Below, one piece after another: positions 1 through 9,847 of a stretch of 51,501 nt of DNA; position 1 is the stretch's first letter, and each line of letters opens with the position of its first letter. Under the pieces are notes generated by a model. It was not told the DNA's origin. It searched no databases and saw only the letters and a list, made by a program, of their open reading frames with translations. Position numbers and translations under genes: made by a program. This stretch comes from an uncultured Bacillales bacterium (GTDB lineage Bacteria; Bacillota_I; Bacilli_A; RF39; UBA660), in the NCBI GenBank assembly GCA_946623125.1, contig CAMOQR010000004.1, positions 1 through 51,501 on the forward strand, in the 5' to 3' direction.

Positions 1-8
1 TAACAAAA

Positions 9-43
9 ATAAAAGTGCACACTTTTTTTGTGTACACTTTTAT
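9..43. terminator. Probable bidirectional intrinsic terminator downstream of arginase
   Basis: Inverted repeat ATAAAAGTGCACAC / GTGTACACTTTTAT with one mismatch and A/T-rich flanks. Confidence 0.7.
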
Positions 44-123
44 CTTACAACTTCAATAATTCCTGACTCACTTTTTATTTTTGCGAACTATTTGGGGTTC
101 ACTTCACTTAAGATTCCTTTTTT

Positions 124-1029
124 TTAATAATATGTTTTTTGTTCCCATTTCTTTTTCTTTTCTGCGGCATTAATGATTTGGGTTGCAATGTTTAAAGCAA
201 TTTGTTCTGTTTTTCGATTAATGTCTCTTAAGGGATTGAATTCTACTAAGTCGAATGATAGTACTTCATTCATATGTTTTACAATATATTCATTTATTTG
301 CATGGCTTCTTCTTCAGAGATTCCTCCTTTTTCAGGAACAGAAACTCCTGGTGCTATGTCTGGATCAATTACATCTAAATCATAACTAATATGAACTCCT
401 TTTGTTTTATATCCTGCAATTTTAAAGGCTTCTTCCATAATGGCTTCAACACCTTTTTCTTTTATATCTTGTGTTGTAAAAACGGTTGCTCCAGAATACC
501 TTACATTGTCTTTTTCTGCCTCATCTATAGATCTTGCTCCAACAATTACGGTTCTTGATGGTTGAATGATTTTTCCATCATGATAATATCTTAGTTCACT
601 ACATTTATAACCATTTATTGCTGCAAGTGGTAATCCGTGAATGTTTCCTGTAATTGTTGTTTCAAATGTATTATAGTCTGTATGAGCATCTATCCAAATA
701 ATTCCTACATCGATATTTGCTTTGGCTGATGCTAGAGCAGAGGCTATTGCTACAGAGTGATCTCCTCCAATTAAAATTGGAAAATACTCTTCTTTTATTT
801 TCGCAACCATATTTTTATATAGTTCTGTATTAAACTTTTCAATTTCATATTCATTTTTTCTTCTATCTGATAAGTTTCTACTTTTAATTATGGTAGGATC
901 TTGTTGGAAAGACATTGCTTCTCCTTTATAAAATGTTTTTAAGTCGTTCATTAATTGAGTAGGCCCAAGACTTGCTCCATCAATATGAACTCCTAAGTCG
1001 GATCCTGCTTGAAATATCATTGTTCTCAT
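124..1029 (-). CDS. rocF: Arginase (ureohydrolase family)
   Basis: Motifs GGDHS, DAHTD, GNIHG, SYDLDVIDP and DLVEFNP; GGTGA RBS upstream. Confidence 0.85.
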   Translation of the reverse strand: MRTMIFQAGSDLGVHIDGASLGPTQLMNDLKTFYKGEAMSFQQDPTIIKSRNLSDRRKNEYEIEKFNTELYKNMVAKIKEEYFPILIGGDHSVAIASALASAKANIDVGIIWIDAHTDYNTFETTITGNIHGLPLAAINGYKCSELRYYHDGKIIQPSRTVIVGARSIDEAEKDNVRYSGATVFTTQDIKEKGVEAIMEEAFKIAGYKTKGVHISYDLDVIDPDIAPGVSVPEKGGISEEEAMQINEYIVKHMNEVLSFDLVEFNPLRDINRKTEQIALNIATQIINAAEKKKKWEQKTYY

Positions 1030-1128
1030 TTTATCACCATATCCATTTTAACGTAAATTTTATTTCCTATCAAGAAAAACCCTTTAATTTCTAAAATCTT
1101 TACTGTATAATGGTTTTAGGTGATTATA

Positions 1129-2568
1129 ATGAAAAAATTAAAAGAACTTTATCCAGAGGTTTTGGAAGATGTTGATGTTTTATCTATTAAGATTAATTCA
1201 AAAGATGTAGAAAAGGGAGATTTATTTGTTTGTACGAAAGGTGTTACAGCAGATCGACATGATTTTATTGATGATGCGATTGAACGTGGGGCTTGTGCAG
1301 TTGTTGTATCAAAAGATGTTGGAGAAAAATCTGTACCTATTATAAAAGTTGAGGATACGAATCGTGAATTACCTTTTTTATGCCAAAAATTTTATGATTA
1401 TCCTGATCAAAAATTAAAGATGATAGGTGTAACAGGAACAGATGGAAAAACAAGTGTTACTACTATTATTCAAACATTAATTGGAAAAGATGATTGTGGT
1501 TATGTTGGGACAAATGGAAGAAGTTATGGTTCTTTTCAAGGTGATAATCCTAATACTACGCCAGATGCTCATAACTTGTATTTTTATTTAGATGAATTTG
1601 TTCAACATCATTGTACTTATGCATCGATTGAAACGTCTAGTGAGGCGTTTTATCGAGGAAGACTTCAGGCAATGAAATTTGATATCAGTGCTTATACTAA
1701 TATTACTTCTGAACATTTAAATATTCATGGTAGTTTTGAAAATTATTTGAATTGTAAGTTACAACTATTTCACCAAACAAAAGAAGATGGCTTTTCTATT
1801 CTAAATCGTGATGATCCTTATTTTGAACAGGTTAAAAATGCTTGTGTTGCGAAGGTATTAACTTATGGTATGGATTCTTCTAATGATTTGCAAATTGTAT
1901 CTTATAAATTATATCCAACTCATACGGATGTTGTTTTTCGTTATGATAATCAGGATTATTCTATTCATAGTCCTTTGATGGGAGATTTTAATGTTTATAA
2001 TTTAGCGTGTGGCGTTTTATGTGTTTTAGCATTAGGTTTTGATATGGATACAATTATTTCTCGTATTCCTAATATTAAAGTTAATGGTAGATTAGAGTTA
2101 CTTGATACCAAAACACCTTATTATGTAATGGTTGATTATGCTCATACTCCTAATGGTATTTCTAAGTTACTTAATTTTGTTCATACATTAAAAATCAATC
2201 GTAGTATTGTTGTGATTGGACAGGCTGGGGAGAGAGATTATTTAAAAAGACCAAAAGTTGGTAATGTAGTGGTTGAAAATGCAAGTTATGCAATTTTTAC
2301 TTATGAAGATCCAAGAAGTGAAGATCCTCTTGATATCTGTCATGATATTATTGCGGAATTAAAAGATACTCATGATAATTTTGAAATTGTTGTAGATAGG
2401 CGTGAGGCAATTCAAAAGGCTATTGATATGGCTCAGGATAAAGATATGGTTTTAATTCTTGGTAAGGGTAATGAAACCTATGAAAAATTAAAGAATGAAA
2501 CAATTTATTTTAATGATATTGAAGAGGCATATAAGGCTGTTGAAAATCGCAAAAAAAGAATTGGTTAA
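1129..2568 (+). CDS. murE: UDP-MurNAc-tripeptide synthetase MurE
   Basis: GVTGTDGKTS P-loop, NTTPD, ETSS, VDYAHTP, GKGNE. The ATG at 1129 follows an AGGTGA RBS (ORF track start is 1120). Specificity motif is EDPR. Confidence 0.92.
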   Translation: MKKLKELYPEVLEDVDVLSIKINSKDVEKGDLFVCTKGVTADRHDFIDDAIERGACAVVVSKDVGEKSVPIIKVEDTNRELPFLCQKFYDYPDQKLKMIGVTGTDGKTSVTTIIQTLIGKDDCGYVGTNGRSYGSFQGDNPNTTPDAHNLYFYLDEFVQHHCTYASIETSSEAFYRGRLQAMKFDISAYTNITSEHLNIHGSFENYLNCKLQLFHQTKEDGFSILNRDDPYFEQVKNACVAKVLTYGMDSSNDLQIVSYKLYPTHTDVVFRYDNQDYSIHSPLMGDFNVYNLACGVLCVLALGFDMDTIISRIPNIKVNGRLELLDTKTPYYVMVDYAHTPNGISKLLNFVHTLKINRSIVVIGQAGERDYLKRPKVGNVVVENASYAIFTYEDPRSEDPLDICHDIIAELKDTHDNFEIVVDRREAIQKAIDMAQDKDMVLILGKGNETYEKLKNETIYFNDIEEAYKAVENRKKRIG

Positions 2569-2573
2569 GTATT

Positions 2574-3353
2574 ATGAAATTAGAGGTATTGTTATCTGTT
2601 TTGAATTTAAAAAAGTCTCAACTAAATAATATGAATATTACTAGTCGTTGTACGGTAATTAATCAGTGTAGCAAACTTGGCTATGAGAAGTATAAGAATT
2701 TCTATATTTATTCTTATCCTGAACTTGGACTTTCTATTAGTCGAAATCGAGGACTTGAAAATGTTTGTGGAGATATTATTTTGTTGTGTGATGATGATGT
2801 AGTTTATGATACAGACTATGAGCGTCTTGTTTTGGAAGAGTTTTCTAAGAATCCAAGTGCTGATGTAATTATTTTTAATATGGAAAGGCCAAATCGTAAA
2901 AAAAGAAAAATTACTTCTAGGAAAAGACTTCATATTTATAACTGTCTTCATTATGCTTCTTGTAATATTGCTTTTCGAAAAGATTCTATTATCAATCATA
3001 ATATTACTTTTAATCCAGATTTTGGATCTGGTGGTTATTATAATGGTGGTGGAGGAGAAGATACTTTATTTCTTGTTTCTTGTTTAAAACAAAAATTAAA
3101 GATTTATTCTTCTCCTATTAATTTAGGGGTTGTGTATCATAAAGAATCTACGTGGTTTGATGGCTATAATGAGAAGTATTTTTATGGGAAAGGTGCATTG
3201 TTTACTGCAATTAGTCATTCTTTTCGTTATTTTCTTTTTTTACAGTTTTTAATTCGACATCCTGAGTTTTTGAAAACTGTTTCTTTTTTTAGAGCGTTTT
3301 CTTTAATGTGCTCTGGATCAAAAGACTATATAAATTATATTCATAAACATTGA
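2574..3353 (+). CDS. Glycosyltransferase family 2
   Basis: GLSISRNRG, LLCDDD (DxD) and GGED motifs. Confidence 0.85.
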   Translation: MKLEVLLSVLNLKKSQLNNMNITSRCTVINQCSKLGYEKYKNFYIYSYPELGLSISRNRGLENVCGDIILLCDDDVVYDTDYERLVLEEFSKNPSADVIIFNMERPNRKKRKITSRKRLHIYNCLHYASCNIAFRKDSIINHNITFNPDFGSGGYYNGGGGEDTLFLVSCLKQKLKIYSSPINLGVVYHKESTWFDGYNEKYFYGKGALFTAISHSFRYFLFLQFLIRHPEFLKTVSFFRAFSLMCSGSKDYINYIHKH

Positions 3354-3369
3354 ATTTTGAGGTGATTTT

Positions 3370-4344
3370 GTGAATGATTTAATAACTATTATTATAAATG
3401 TTTTTAATGGTGAAAAATATATTAAAAGATGTTTAGACTCTGTTTTAAGTCAAACTTATTCTAATCTTGAAATATTAATTGTAAATGATGGGTCTACTGA
3501 CAAAACTTTGGATATTTGTAAAAGTTATAAAGATTCTAGAATTCGTATTATTTCTACCAAAAATTTGGGACTATCCTTATCACGAAATGTTGGAATTGAT
3601 CATGCTAAGGGAGAATATTTATATTTTGTTGATGCTGATGATTTTATTGAAAAAGATACGATTGAATATTTGTATCGACTTTCTATTCAGTATCATTCGG
3701 AGCTTACTACTTGTGATTTTCTTACTATTTATAATAGTAACTATTCTTTTCCTCCCAAAAAAGAAAAAATTCGAGTTATGGATTCTTATGATATGTTAAA
3801 AGATATTTTATTATCGGTTGGGTGTTCTGTTTCTCTTTGGAATAAGCTGATACATAAGAGTATTTTTCGTGGTATTCGATTTGAAGATCGTATTGTGAAT
3901 GATATTTGTGTTACTTATAAATTGGCTATCGCTGCAAATTGTATTGTGTCTTCTAATCAAGTTAAATATTATTACTTTAAACATCATAATGCTATTACTG
4001 TTAAGAATTCCTCTAATTATAATCGTGCTGTTGATCTTTATCATGCTTCTTTAGAACGATATCAATATATTAAAAATATTTATCCTAATATTATTGAAAA
4101 TGAAATCGGAATGTTTCGTACTATTTTTAAACTATGTTCATATGACAGTCCTCAGGTACGTGATTTTTTAGAAAAAGAAAATCTTATTCCTTTTTTTAAA
4201 CATCTTTTTTCCTATAAGATGTTATTGGCACCGATTTCTTTATATGAAAAGATGAAGATGATTTTGTTTGTATTTAATGATCAATTATATAATAAATTAT
4301 CGTTGTATCATAAGAAAAGAAATATGTCTAAGATTCAAGAATAG
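3370..4344 (+). CDS. Glycosyltransferase family 2
   Basis: NDGSTD, GLSLSRNVG, FVDADD, LWNKL. Confidence 0.9.
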   Translation: MNDLITIIINVFNGEKYIKRCLDSVLSQTYSNLEILIVNDGSTDKTLDICKSYKDSRIRIISTKNLGLSLSRNVGIDHAKGEYLYFVDADDFIEKDTIEYLYRLSIQYHSELTTCDFLTIYNSNYSFPPKKEKIRVMDSYDMLKDILLSVGCSVSLWNKLIHKSIFRGIRFEDRIVNDICVTYKLAIAANCIVSSNQVKYYYFKHHNAITVKNSSNYNRAVDLYHASLERYQYIKNIYPNIIENEIGMFRTIFKLCSYDSPQVRDFLEKENLIPFFKHLFSYKMLLAPISLYEKMKMILFVFNDQLYNKLSLYHKKRNMSKIQE

Positions 4345-4376
4345 TTTTTTAGAATACGTTAGTAGAGGTGGTTGAT

Positions 4377-5000
4377 ATGAAAACCAGTTATAAGTATGAA
4401 AGAATCTATAATCGTTATATCAAAAGAGTTTTTGATCTATTTTTTTCTTTTTTTCTTCTTATTCTTTTTTTACCTTTTATGGTATTAATAGGTATTTTAA
4501 TTATTCTAATTGATCATATATTTCCTATTTATACGCAAATACGTACAGGAAAAGATGGAAAAAATATTAAAATTTTTAAATTTCGAACGATGAAGGATCA
4601 TGAGATTACAAGATTTGGAGTCTTATTACGAAGATTTTCTATTGATGAGTTTCCTCAAATTATAAATGTTTTTCTTGGTAGTATGTCTTTAGTTGGACCG
4701 AGACCTTGGATTGTTGAATATTATGAAAGGTTTAATATGGAACAGAAAAGAAGAGTTCTTGTAAAACCTGGTATTGTTGGTCTTGCCCAAATAAATGGTA
4801 GAAATAAAATTAGTATTCATGAGAAAATATCTTATGATTTAGAATATGTTTCTCATGTTTCTTTTTTGCTTGATTTTAGTATTCTTTTGAAGAGTATATT
4901 TTGTTTTTATTCTGATGAAAATGATATTCATCCTGATGATTATATTCAAAAAGAACTTATGGTTTTAGATAAGAATTGTAAAAAAAAGATTGTTAATTGA
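4377..5000 (+). CDS. Priming sugar transferase (bacterial sugar transferase family, polyprenyl glycosylphosphotransferase)
   Basis: KRVFD followed by a TM helix, KFRTM, SIDEFPQ, MSLVGPRP, KPGIVG. The ATG at 4377 follows GAGGTG. Confidence 0.9.
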   Translation: MKTSYKYERIYNRYIKRVFDLFFSFFLLILFLPFMVLIGILIILIDHIFPIYTQIRTGKDGKNIKIFKFRTMKDHEITRFGVLLRRFSIDEFPQIINVFLGSMSLVGPRPWIVEYYERFNMEQKRRVLVKPGIVGLAQINGRNKISIHEKISYDLEYVSHVSFLLDFSILLKSIFCFYSDENDIHPDDYIQKELMVLDKNCKKKIVN

Positions 5001-5064
5001 GTAATTTATTTTTATAATTATTGTTATAGTAGGTATTATTATTGATGTGTGTGAGGATTGATTT

Positions 5065-7224
5065 ATGAGAAAAATATATTTCATTATTATTTCATTTTTC
5101 TTTTTATTATTTATGATTCCTTCTGTATATGCTACGGAACTTTTAACTGTTTCTGATGCTAGAATTGTTGAACAAAGTGGAACTGTTGATGTTGAACCTA
5201 TTTCTTATCAAGATGATACTGTTCGTTCTAATATTGTTTTTAATACAGAGCATGATTTTATTACTTATGAGGTTGAGATTTCGAATCAAAATAGTAGTGA
5301 TGTAGAGATTATTTCCATTGACAGTAATAGTATGAAAGATTATTTAGATGTTGATTTTTTAGATTTTACATCTCCTTTTTATATTGCTGCTGGTAGTCGA
5401 AGAAGATTACGTTTTAAAATCTTATATAAAAATCCTGTAACCAATCAGGAAGATATTACTGTTCGTGATTTTAAAATAACAATTAATGGGGAAGATACGG
5501 TTATACCTACTAATCCATATACTAGTAATTACACGGTTTTACTAATCTTGTTGGTTGTTGTAATTACTATTTTAATGGTTATGTATGTTGCAGGAGATTC
5601 TATTACACATAAAAAGATTATTAGTGGTTTTTTACTGCTTACTATTCTTGTTCCGTTTGGTGTTGTTGCTAAAAGGACTTATCAAGTATTTTTAGTTAGT
5701 GATAATATCGTTTTAAAGAGTAAAATGATTCCTTATAATGTTATTATATATAATGGTAATGGAGATGCAATTACTAGGATAATTCCTTTTGGAAATGTTG
5801 TGGGAGAATTACCCACTCCTATCAAAGAAGGATATCGTTTTACCAAGTATGTAGATGTAAATAATGAGGAAGTATATCCTGATACTATTGTTGAAGGTAA
5901 TATGAAATTATATCCTCAGTTTGAGGCAATATCATATTCTATTACTTATGATTTAAATTATGGTTTTTTGAATACTCCTAACCCTAGTAGTTATACGATT
6001 GAAGATGAATTTGTTTTAAATAATCCAAGTAGAGTAGGATATAATTTTTCTGGTTGGAGTGAAGAGGATAATTCTACTTTAGTAACTCAGATGACTATTT
6101 TCAAAGGGACTTTAGGAGATAAACATTTTGTTGCAAATTATTCTCCTAATCAAAATACGGAGTATACAGTAATTCATCGACAGCAGGATATAAATGGTAA
6201 CTATGTTGTAAAGGATACGGAAACTCTTTATGGTACAACAGATTCTTCTGTTACTCCACAGAGAAAGAATTATGAAGGGTTTGAGCAACCTGCTGCCCAA
6301 ACAAAGACGATTAATGGAGATGGTAGTACAGTATTTACTTATGATTATCCTAGAAGCAGATATTCCTTCAGTGTTACAGATCGTAGTTATGTTGTAGATG
6401 GAAGTACAGCAAATGGTGTGTATTATTATGGAACACAAATATCAGTATCAGTTTCACCACCGGCAGGTTATTCTATTCGTTGGAATGATGGATCTGTTTC
6501 AAATGAAAAGACTTTCGTTTTAACAGAAGATACTGTATTAACTCCGACTTTGGTTCCTAATATTCATACACAATATAAAGTTGTTTATTTACAACAAGCA
6601 TATCAAGATAATATTTATTATATATATGCATATAATTATTTCTATGCACAAACTGATTCGCAGGTAACTCCGGCAAGGAATACTTATGAAGGATTTGAAA
6701 CACCTTCTGCCCAGACAATCACAGTAGCCGGTGATGGTAGTTCAGTTGTTTATTATTTTTATGATCGCAAAAAATATCATTTTAAGTTATGGTTAGAATA
6801 TAGTGCAGAATTTGAATTATATGAAAATTATGATGTTGGCAAAGATATTTATAAAAGAGTAAAAGTTGGCAATTCTTATCAATTGGTTCCAATCGAATCT
6901 ACATCTAGTTTTGCTACTAGTAATAGTAAAAGGACATTTTATGATAATTCTTTCGAGGAGGAAGTCTATTATGGAACACGTTTTTCTCTATTAGATTATA
7001 ACTTCAAATATTATCAAGAAATTAATTATAATGATCATTCTGATTATTCTACATATTATTATTATAATGATTTCCATAATTATTATAATTCTTATGGTAT
7101 TCATGATGATTCTTACTTAAAATTTTATACTTATGAACCTATTGCAACTCCAACTTATCCTGAAGAGCCAACAGCATCTTATTCCACACCGTCATATTCA
7201 TCATCTTCGTGGTGGGGAGAATAA
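5065..7224 (+). CDS. Surface protein: signal peptide, Ig-like domain, internal NPYT plus two hydrophobic segments, InlB B-repeat (Flg_new)-like and MucBP-like repeats, Tyr- and Ser-rich tail
   Basis: Signal peptide ending VYA; B-repeat motifs PIKEGYRF and PSRVGYNFSGW; two MucBP-like units (VTPxRxxYEGFExPxAQTxTxxGDGS). Confidence 0.75.
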   Translation: MRKIYFIIISFFFLLFMIPSVYATELLTVSDARIVEQSGTVDVEPISYQDDTVRSNIVFNTEHDFITYEVEISNQNSSDVEIISIDSNSMKDYLDVDFLDFTSPFYIAAGSRRRLRFKILYKNPVTNQEDITVRDFKITINGEDTVIPTNPYTSNYTVLLILLVVVITILMVMYVAGDSITHKKIISGFLLLTILVPFGVVAKRTYQVFLVSDNIVLKSKMIPYNVIIYNGNGDAITRIIPFGNVVGELPTPIKEGYRFTKYVDVNNEEVYPDTIVEGNMKLYPQFEAISYSITYDLNYGFLNTPNPSSYTIEDEFVLNNPSRVGYNFSGWSEEDNSTLVTQMTIFKGTLGDKHFVANYSPNQNTEYTVIHRQQDINGNYVVKDTETLYGTTDSSVTPQRKNYEGFEQPAAQTKTINGDGSTVFTYDYPRSRYSFSVTDRSYVVDGSTANGVYYYGTQISVSVSPPAGYSIRWNDGSVSNEKTFVLTEDTVLTPTLVPNIHTQYKVVYLQQAYQDNIYYIYAYNYFYAQTDSQVTPARNTYEGFETPSAQTITVAGDGSSVVYYFYDRKKYHFKLWLEYSAEFELYENYDVGKDIYKRVKVGNSYQLVPIESTSSFATSNSKRTFYDNSFEEEVYYGTRFSLLDYNFKYYQEINYNDHSDYSTYYYYNDFHNYYNSYGIHDDSYLKFYTYEPIATPTYPEEPTASYSTPSYSSSSWWGE

Positions 7225-7248
7225 ATCATTTTAAAGGAATTGATTTTT

Positions 7249-8589
7249 ATGAAGTTACATTTATTAAAAAATAAAAATATGGAGAGTAAGATATCTTTTC
7301 TCTTACTCTCTTTTAATTTTATTTATCTTACAGTTATTACATTTTTAATTCGTATAGGGAAGATTCATTATAATATATATCGATATTCTACTGTTGTAGT
7401 TTCTCTTATTTGTCTTTTCTTCTGTATTGTATGTTTTTTTCTATCTTTTTTAAAGAAGAAAAAAAATCCTTTTATTATTACGGACTATATTGTTTTTGGT
7501 ATTATAATTTTTGCTGTTATATCTTGTGTTTTTGCAATTGATCAGAAAGTATCTTTATTTGGACAAGGCGGTCGTTATGAGGGATTTTTCGCCATTCTTT
7601 ATTATATTTCTTTATATTTACTAGCAACTTTTGTTTCAAAAGATAAAAAAAAGTATTTGATTTATTTTTTCCTTTTTCTAGGATTTATTCAGTCTATTTA
7701 TTCTTTTTTACAGATTGAACATTCTCATTTTGTTTCTATTTCTTATCATTTTGGTGATACTTGGGCAACAGGTTTTTTGTTTAATCCTAATTTTTTTGCA
7801 GAACTTATTATTCTTTGTTTAGCATATGCCATGGGATTTCTTTTGGAAGAAGAAAAGTCTAAATGTCGTAAAATTATATTTATTATTCTATTTTGTGTTT
7901 ATTTTAGTGCTTTAGCCATTAGTAATACTTTAAGTTGTTTTGTAGGTTTTCTTTTTATTTTATTTTATTCTTTTCTTTATGGTTTTATTAGAAAAAGAAA
8001 GATTCCTTGTTTTTTAATGCTTTTATTGGGGATGTTCTTGTTGTTGTTTTATAGTATTCGTAATCAAACTACTTTGTTGGGAGATTTTCATAAAACTAGT
8101 GGAGAGGTTCAAAATATTGTAGGTGGTAATTTAGATTCAAATTATGGAACAAAGAGGTTAGGTGTTTGGATGGAAACAATTAAGATTGTTCCTAAATATC
8201 TATTACATGGTTCTGGAATTGATAATTTTGATCAGGCATTTGGAGAAAAACATTTAATAGTAGGGCATTATCGTTTTGATAAGGCTCATAATGATTATTT
8301 GCAAATATTAGTTACGCAAGGTATTTTTAGTTTATTATGTTTTTTAAGTCTTTTCTTTATTATTTGTGTAAGAGGTGTTTTTCTAACGTATAAAAATCAT
8401 GAGATATATTTTTTATTACCTGTTATTGGTTATTTAGTTCAGATATTTTTTAATATTAGTGTAGTTGAAGTTGCTCCTCTTTTTTATGTATCGTTAGGTT
8501 TATTAGATACTAGGGATACTTGTAAGATTCGAGAAATATGTATGGGTTTTAAAGAACTTAAAAAAGGATTTTTATTATGGAAAAAGTAA
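7249..8589 (+). CDS. O-antigen ligase/Wzy_C family polytopic membrane protein
   Basis: About 12 hydrophobic helices, NPN motif, R..VW...HGSG and KAHNDYLQ. Confidence 0.8.
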   Translation: MKLHLLKNKNMESKISFLLLSFNFIYLTVITFLIRIGKIHYNIYRYSTVVVSLICLFFCIVCFFLSFLKKKKNPFIITDYIVFGIIIFAVISCVFAIDQKVSLFGQGGRYEGFFAILYYISLYLLATFVSKDKKKYLIYFFLFLGFIQSIYSFLQIEHSHFVSISYHFGDTWATGFLFNPNFFAELIILCLAYAMGFLLEEEKSKCRKIIFIILFCVYFSALAISNTLSCFVGFLFILFYSFLYGFIRKRKIPCFLMLLLGMFLLLFYSIRNQTTLLGDFHKTSGEVQNIVGGNLDSNYGTKRLGVWMETIKIVPKYLLHGSGIDNFDQAFGEKHLIVGHYRFDKAHNDYLQILVTQGIFSLLCFLSLFFIICVRGVFLTYKNHEIYFLLPVIGYLVQIFFNISVVEVAPLFYVSLGLLDTRDTCKIREICMGFKELKKGFLLWKK

Positions 8590-9317
8590 GTGTTGTTGTT
8601 CCAGTTTATAATTCTTCTCAGACTATTATGAGATGTTTAAATAGTGTTCTTAATCAAAGTTATTTGAATTTAGAGGTTCTTGTTGTGGATGATTGTAGTA
8701 CTGATAATACTTCTCAAATTGTAAAAAGTATTGAAGATTCTAGAATTATTTATGTAAGACTTGAAAAGAATTCAGGTGTTGCTTGTGCTAGAAATAAGGG
8801 AATATCGCTTGCTAGTGGAGAATATTTATGTTTTATTGATTCGGATGATTTTTGGAAGCCTGATAAAATAGAGAGGCAAGTTGATTTTATGAAGAAGAAT
8901 CATTATTCTTTTACATATGGTTCTTATTATTATCATAAAAATGGGAAGAATCATCTTGCTAAGGTGCCTTCTCGTATGACTTATTTATCTTCTTTAAAAA
9001 ATACGGCTATTTTTACATCTACTGTTATGTTTCGTTTGAGTGACTTTGATCGTTCTTTATTGTATATGCCTCTTATTTTAAAGGGTCAAGATACTGCCAC
9101 ATGGTGGAATGTTTTGAGAGAGAGTGGAGTGGTTGCTTATTGTGTTCCTGGTGTTTATACTTATTATTCTGTTGGAAACAAGAGCCTTTCTCATAACAAG
9201 ATTTCTTCTTTAAAGAGAACATGGGCTTTATATAAAAGAGAAAATCTTTCTTTTTATAAGAAAATATATTATTATTTTTGTTATGTTTATCATGCTATTG
9301 TGAGAAGAATTTTTTAG
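8577..9317 (+). CDS. Glycosyltransferase family 2 (TuaG-like)
   Basis: VVVPVYNS, DDCSTD, FIDSDDFW, QD..TWW, SLSHNK. Confidence 0.88.
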   Translation: MEKVSVVVPVYNSSQTIMRCLNSVLNQSYLNLEVLVVDDCSTDNTSQIVKSIEDSRIIYVRLEKNSGVACARNKGISLASGEYLCFIDSDDFWKPDKIERQVDFMKKNHYSFTYGSYYYHKNGKNHLAKVPSRMTYLSSLKNTAIFTSTVMFRLSDFDRSLLYMPLILKGQDTATWWNVLRESGVVAYCVPGVYTYYSVGNKSLSHNKISSLKRTWALYKRENLSFYKKIYYYFCYVYHAIVRRIF

Positions 9318-9350
9318 AAAAAATCATTATTTTGTGATTTTTTTCTTTTG

Positions 9351-9359
9351 TGTTATAAT
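9351..9359 (+). promoter_or_regulatory. Extended -10 sigma-A promoter for vanZ-flippase
   Basis: TGTTATAAT directly after a terminator-like hairpin (9316-9346). Confidence 0.55.
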
Positions 9360-9385
9360 GGTTAAGAGTTGAGGTTGGTGATATT

Positions 9386-9847
9386 GTGTTAAAAAAAGGC
9401 ATTAAGCTTTTACTTGTTTTATTATGTATGATGTCTATTTTTATGTTTTCAAGTGATACGGGGGAACAATCTCAAAAAAAGAGTGATAGTATTATTGTTC
9501 ATATTGGTGAATTTTTTATTGGACATCATTTGGTAGGGAAAGAAAAGGATGATATGATTGAAAAATCTGTTTTTTTTGTTAGAAAAGGTGCTCATTTTAG
9601 TATTTATTTAATTTTAGGTTTTTTACTTATTAGTTTGGTAAAGGAATATCGTCCACTAGATTATCGTGCATATGTTATTGCTTTTGTTATTGCGTTTTTA
9701 TATGCTTGCAGTGATGAGATACATCAGTTATTTGTTTCTGATAGAAGTGGTAGTGTTTTAGATGTTATACTGGATTCTTTTGGTTCTTTTGTTGGAATTA
9801 TAATTTATCGTTTTTTCTATATTGTAAGGAGGAAGAATAATGAATAA
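9386..9847 (+). CDS. VanZ family membrane protein
   Basis: IFMFSS, VRKGAHF, YACSDEIHQLFV..RSG...DV..D motifs. Confidence 0.9.
   Translation: MLKKGIKLLLVLLCMMSIFMFSSDTGEQSQKKSDSIIVHIGEFFIGHHLVGKEKDDMIEKSVFFVRKGAHFSIYLILGFLLISLVKEYRPLDYRAYVIAFVIAFLYACSDEIHQLFVSDRSGSVLDVILDSFGSFVGIIIYRFFYIVRRKNNE

Noticed and set aside
44-123. Small hairpin (GCGAAC/GTTCAC) downstream of arginase as an sRNA or riboswitch
   Set aside because: Only about 6 bp and no recognisable family motif; probably 3' UTR.
7430-7470. Poly-T and poly-A tracts in the ligase gene as phase-variation sites
   Set aside because: Runs of 7-9 nt are common throughout this AT-rich window and the frame is intact.
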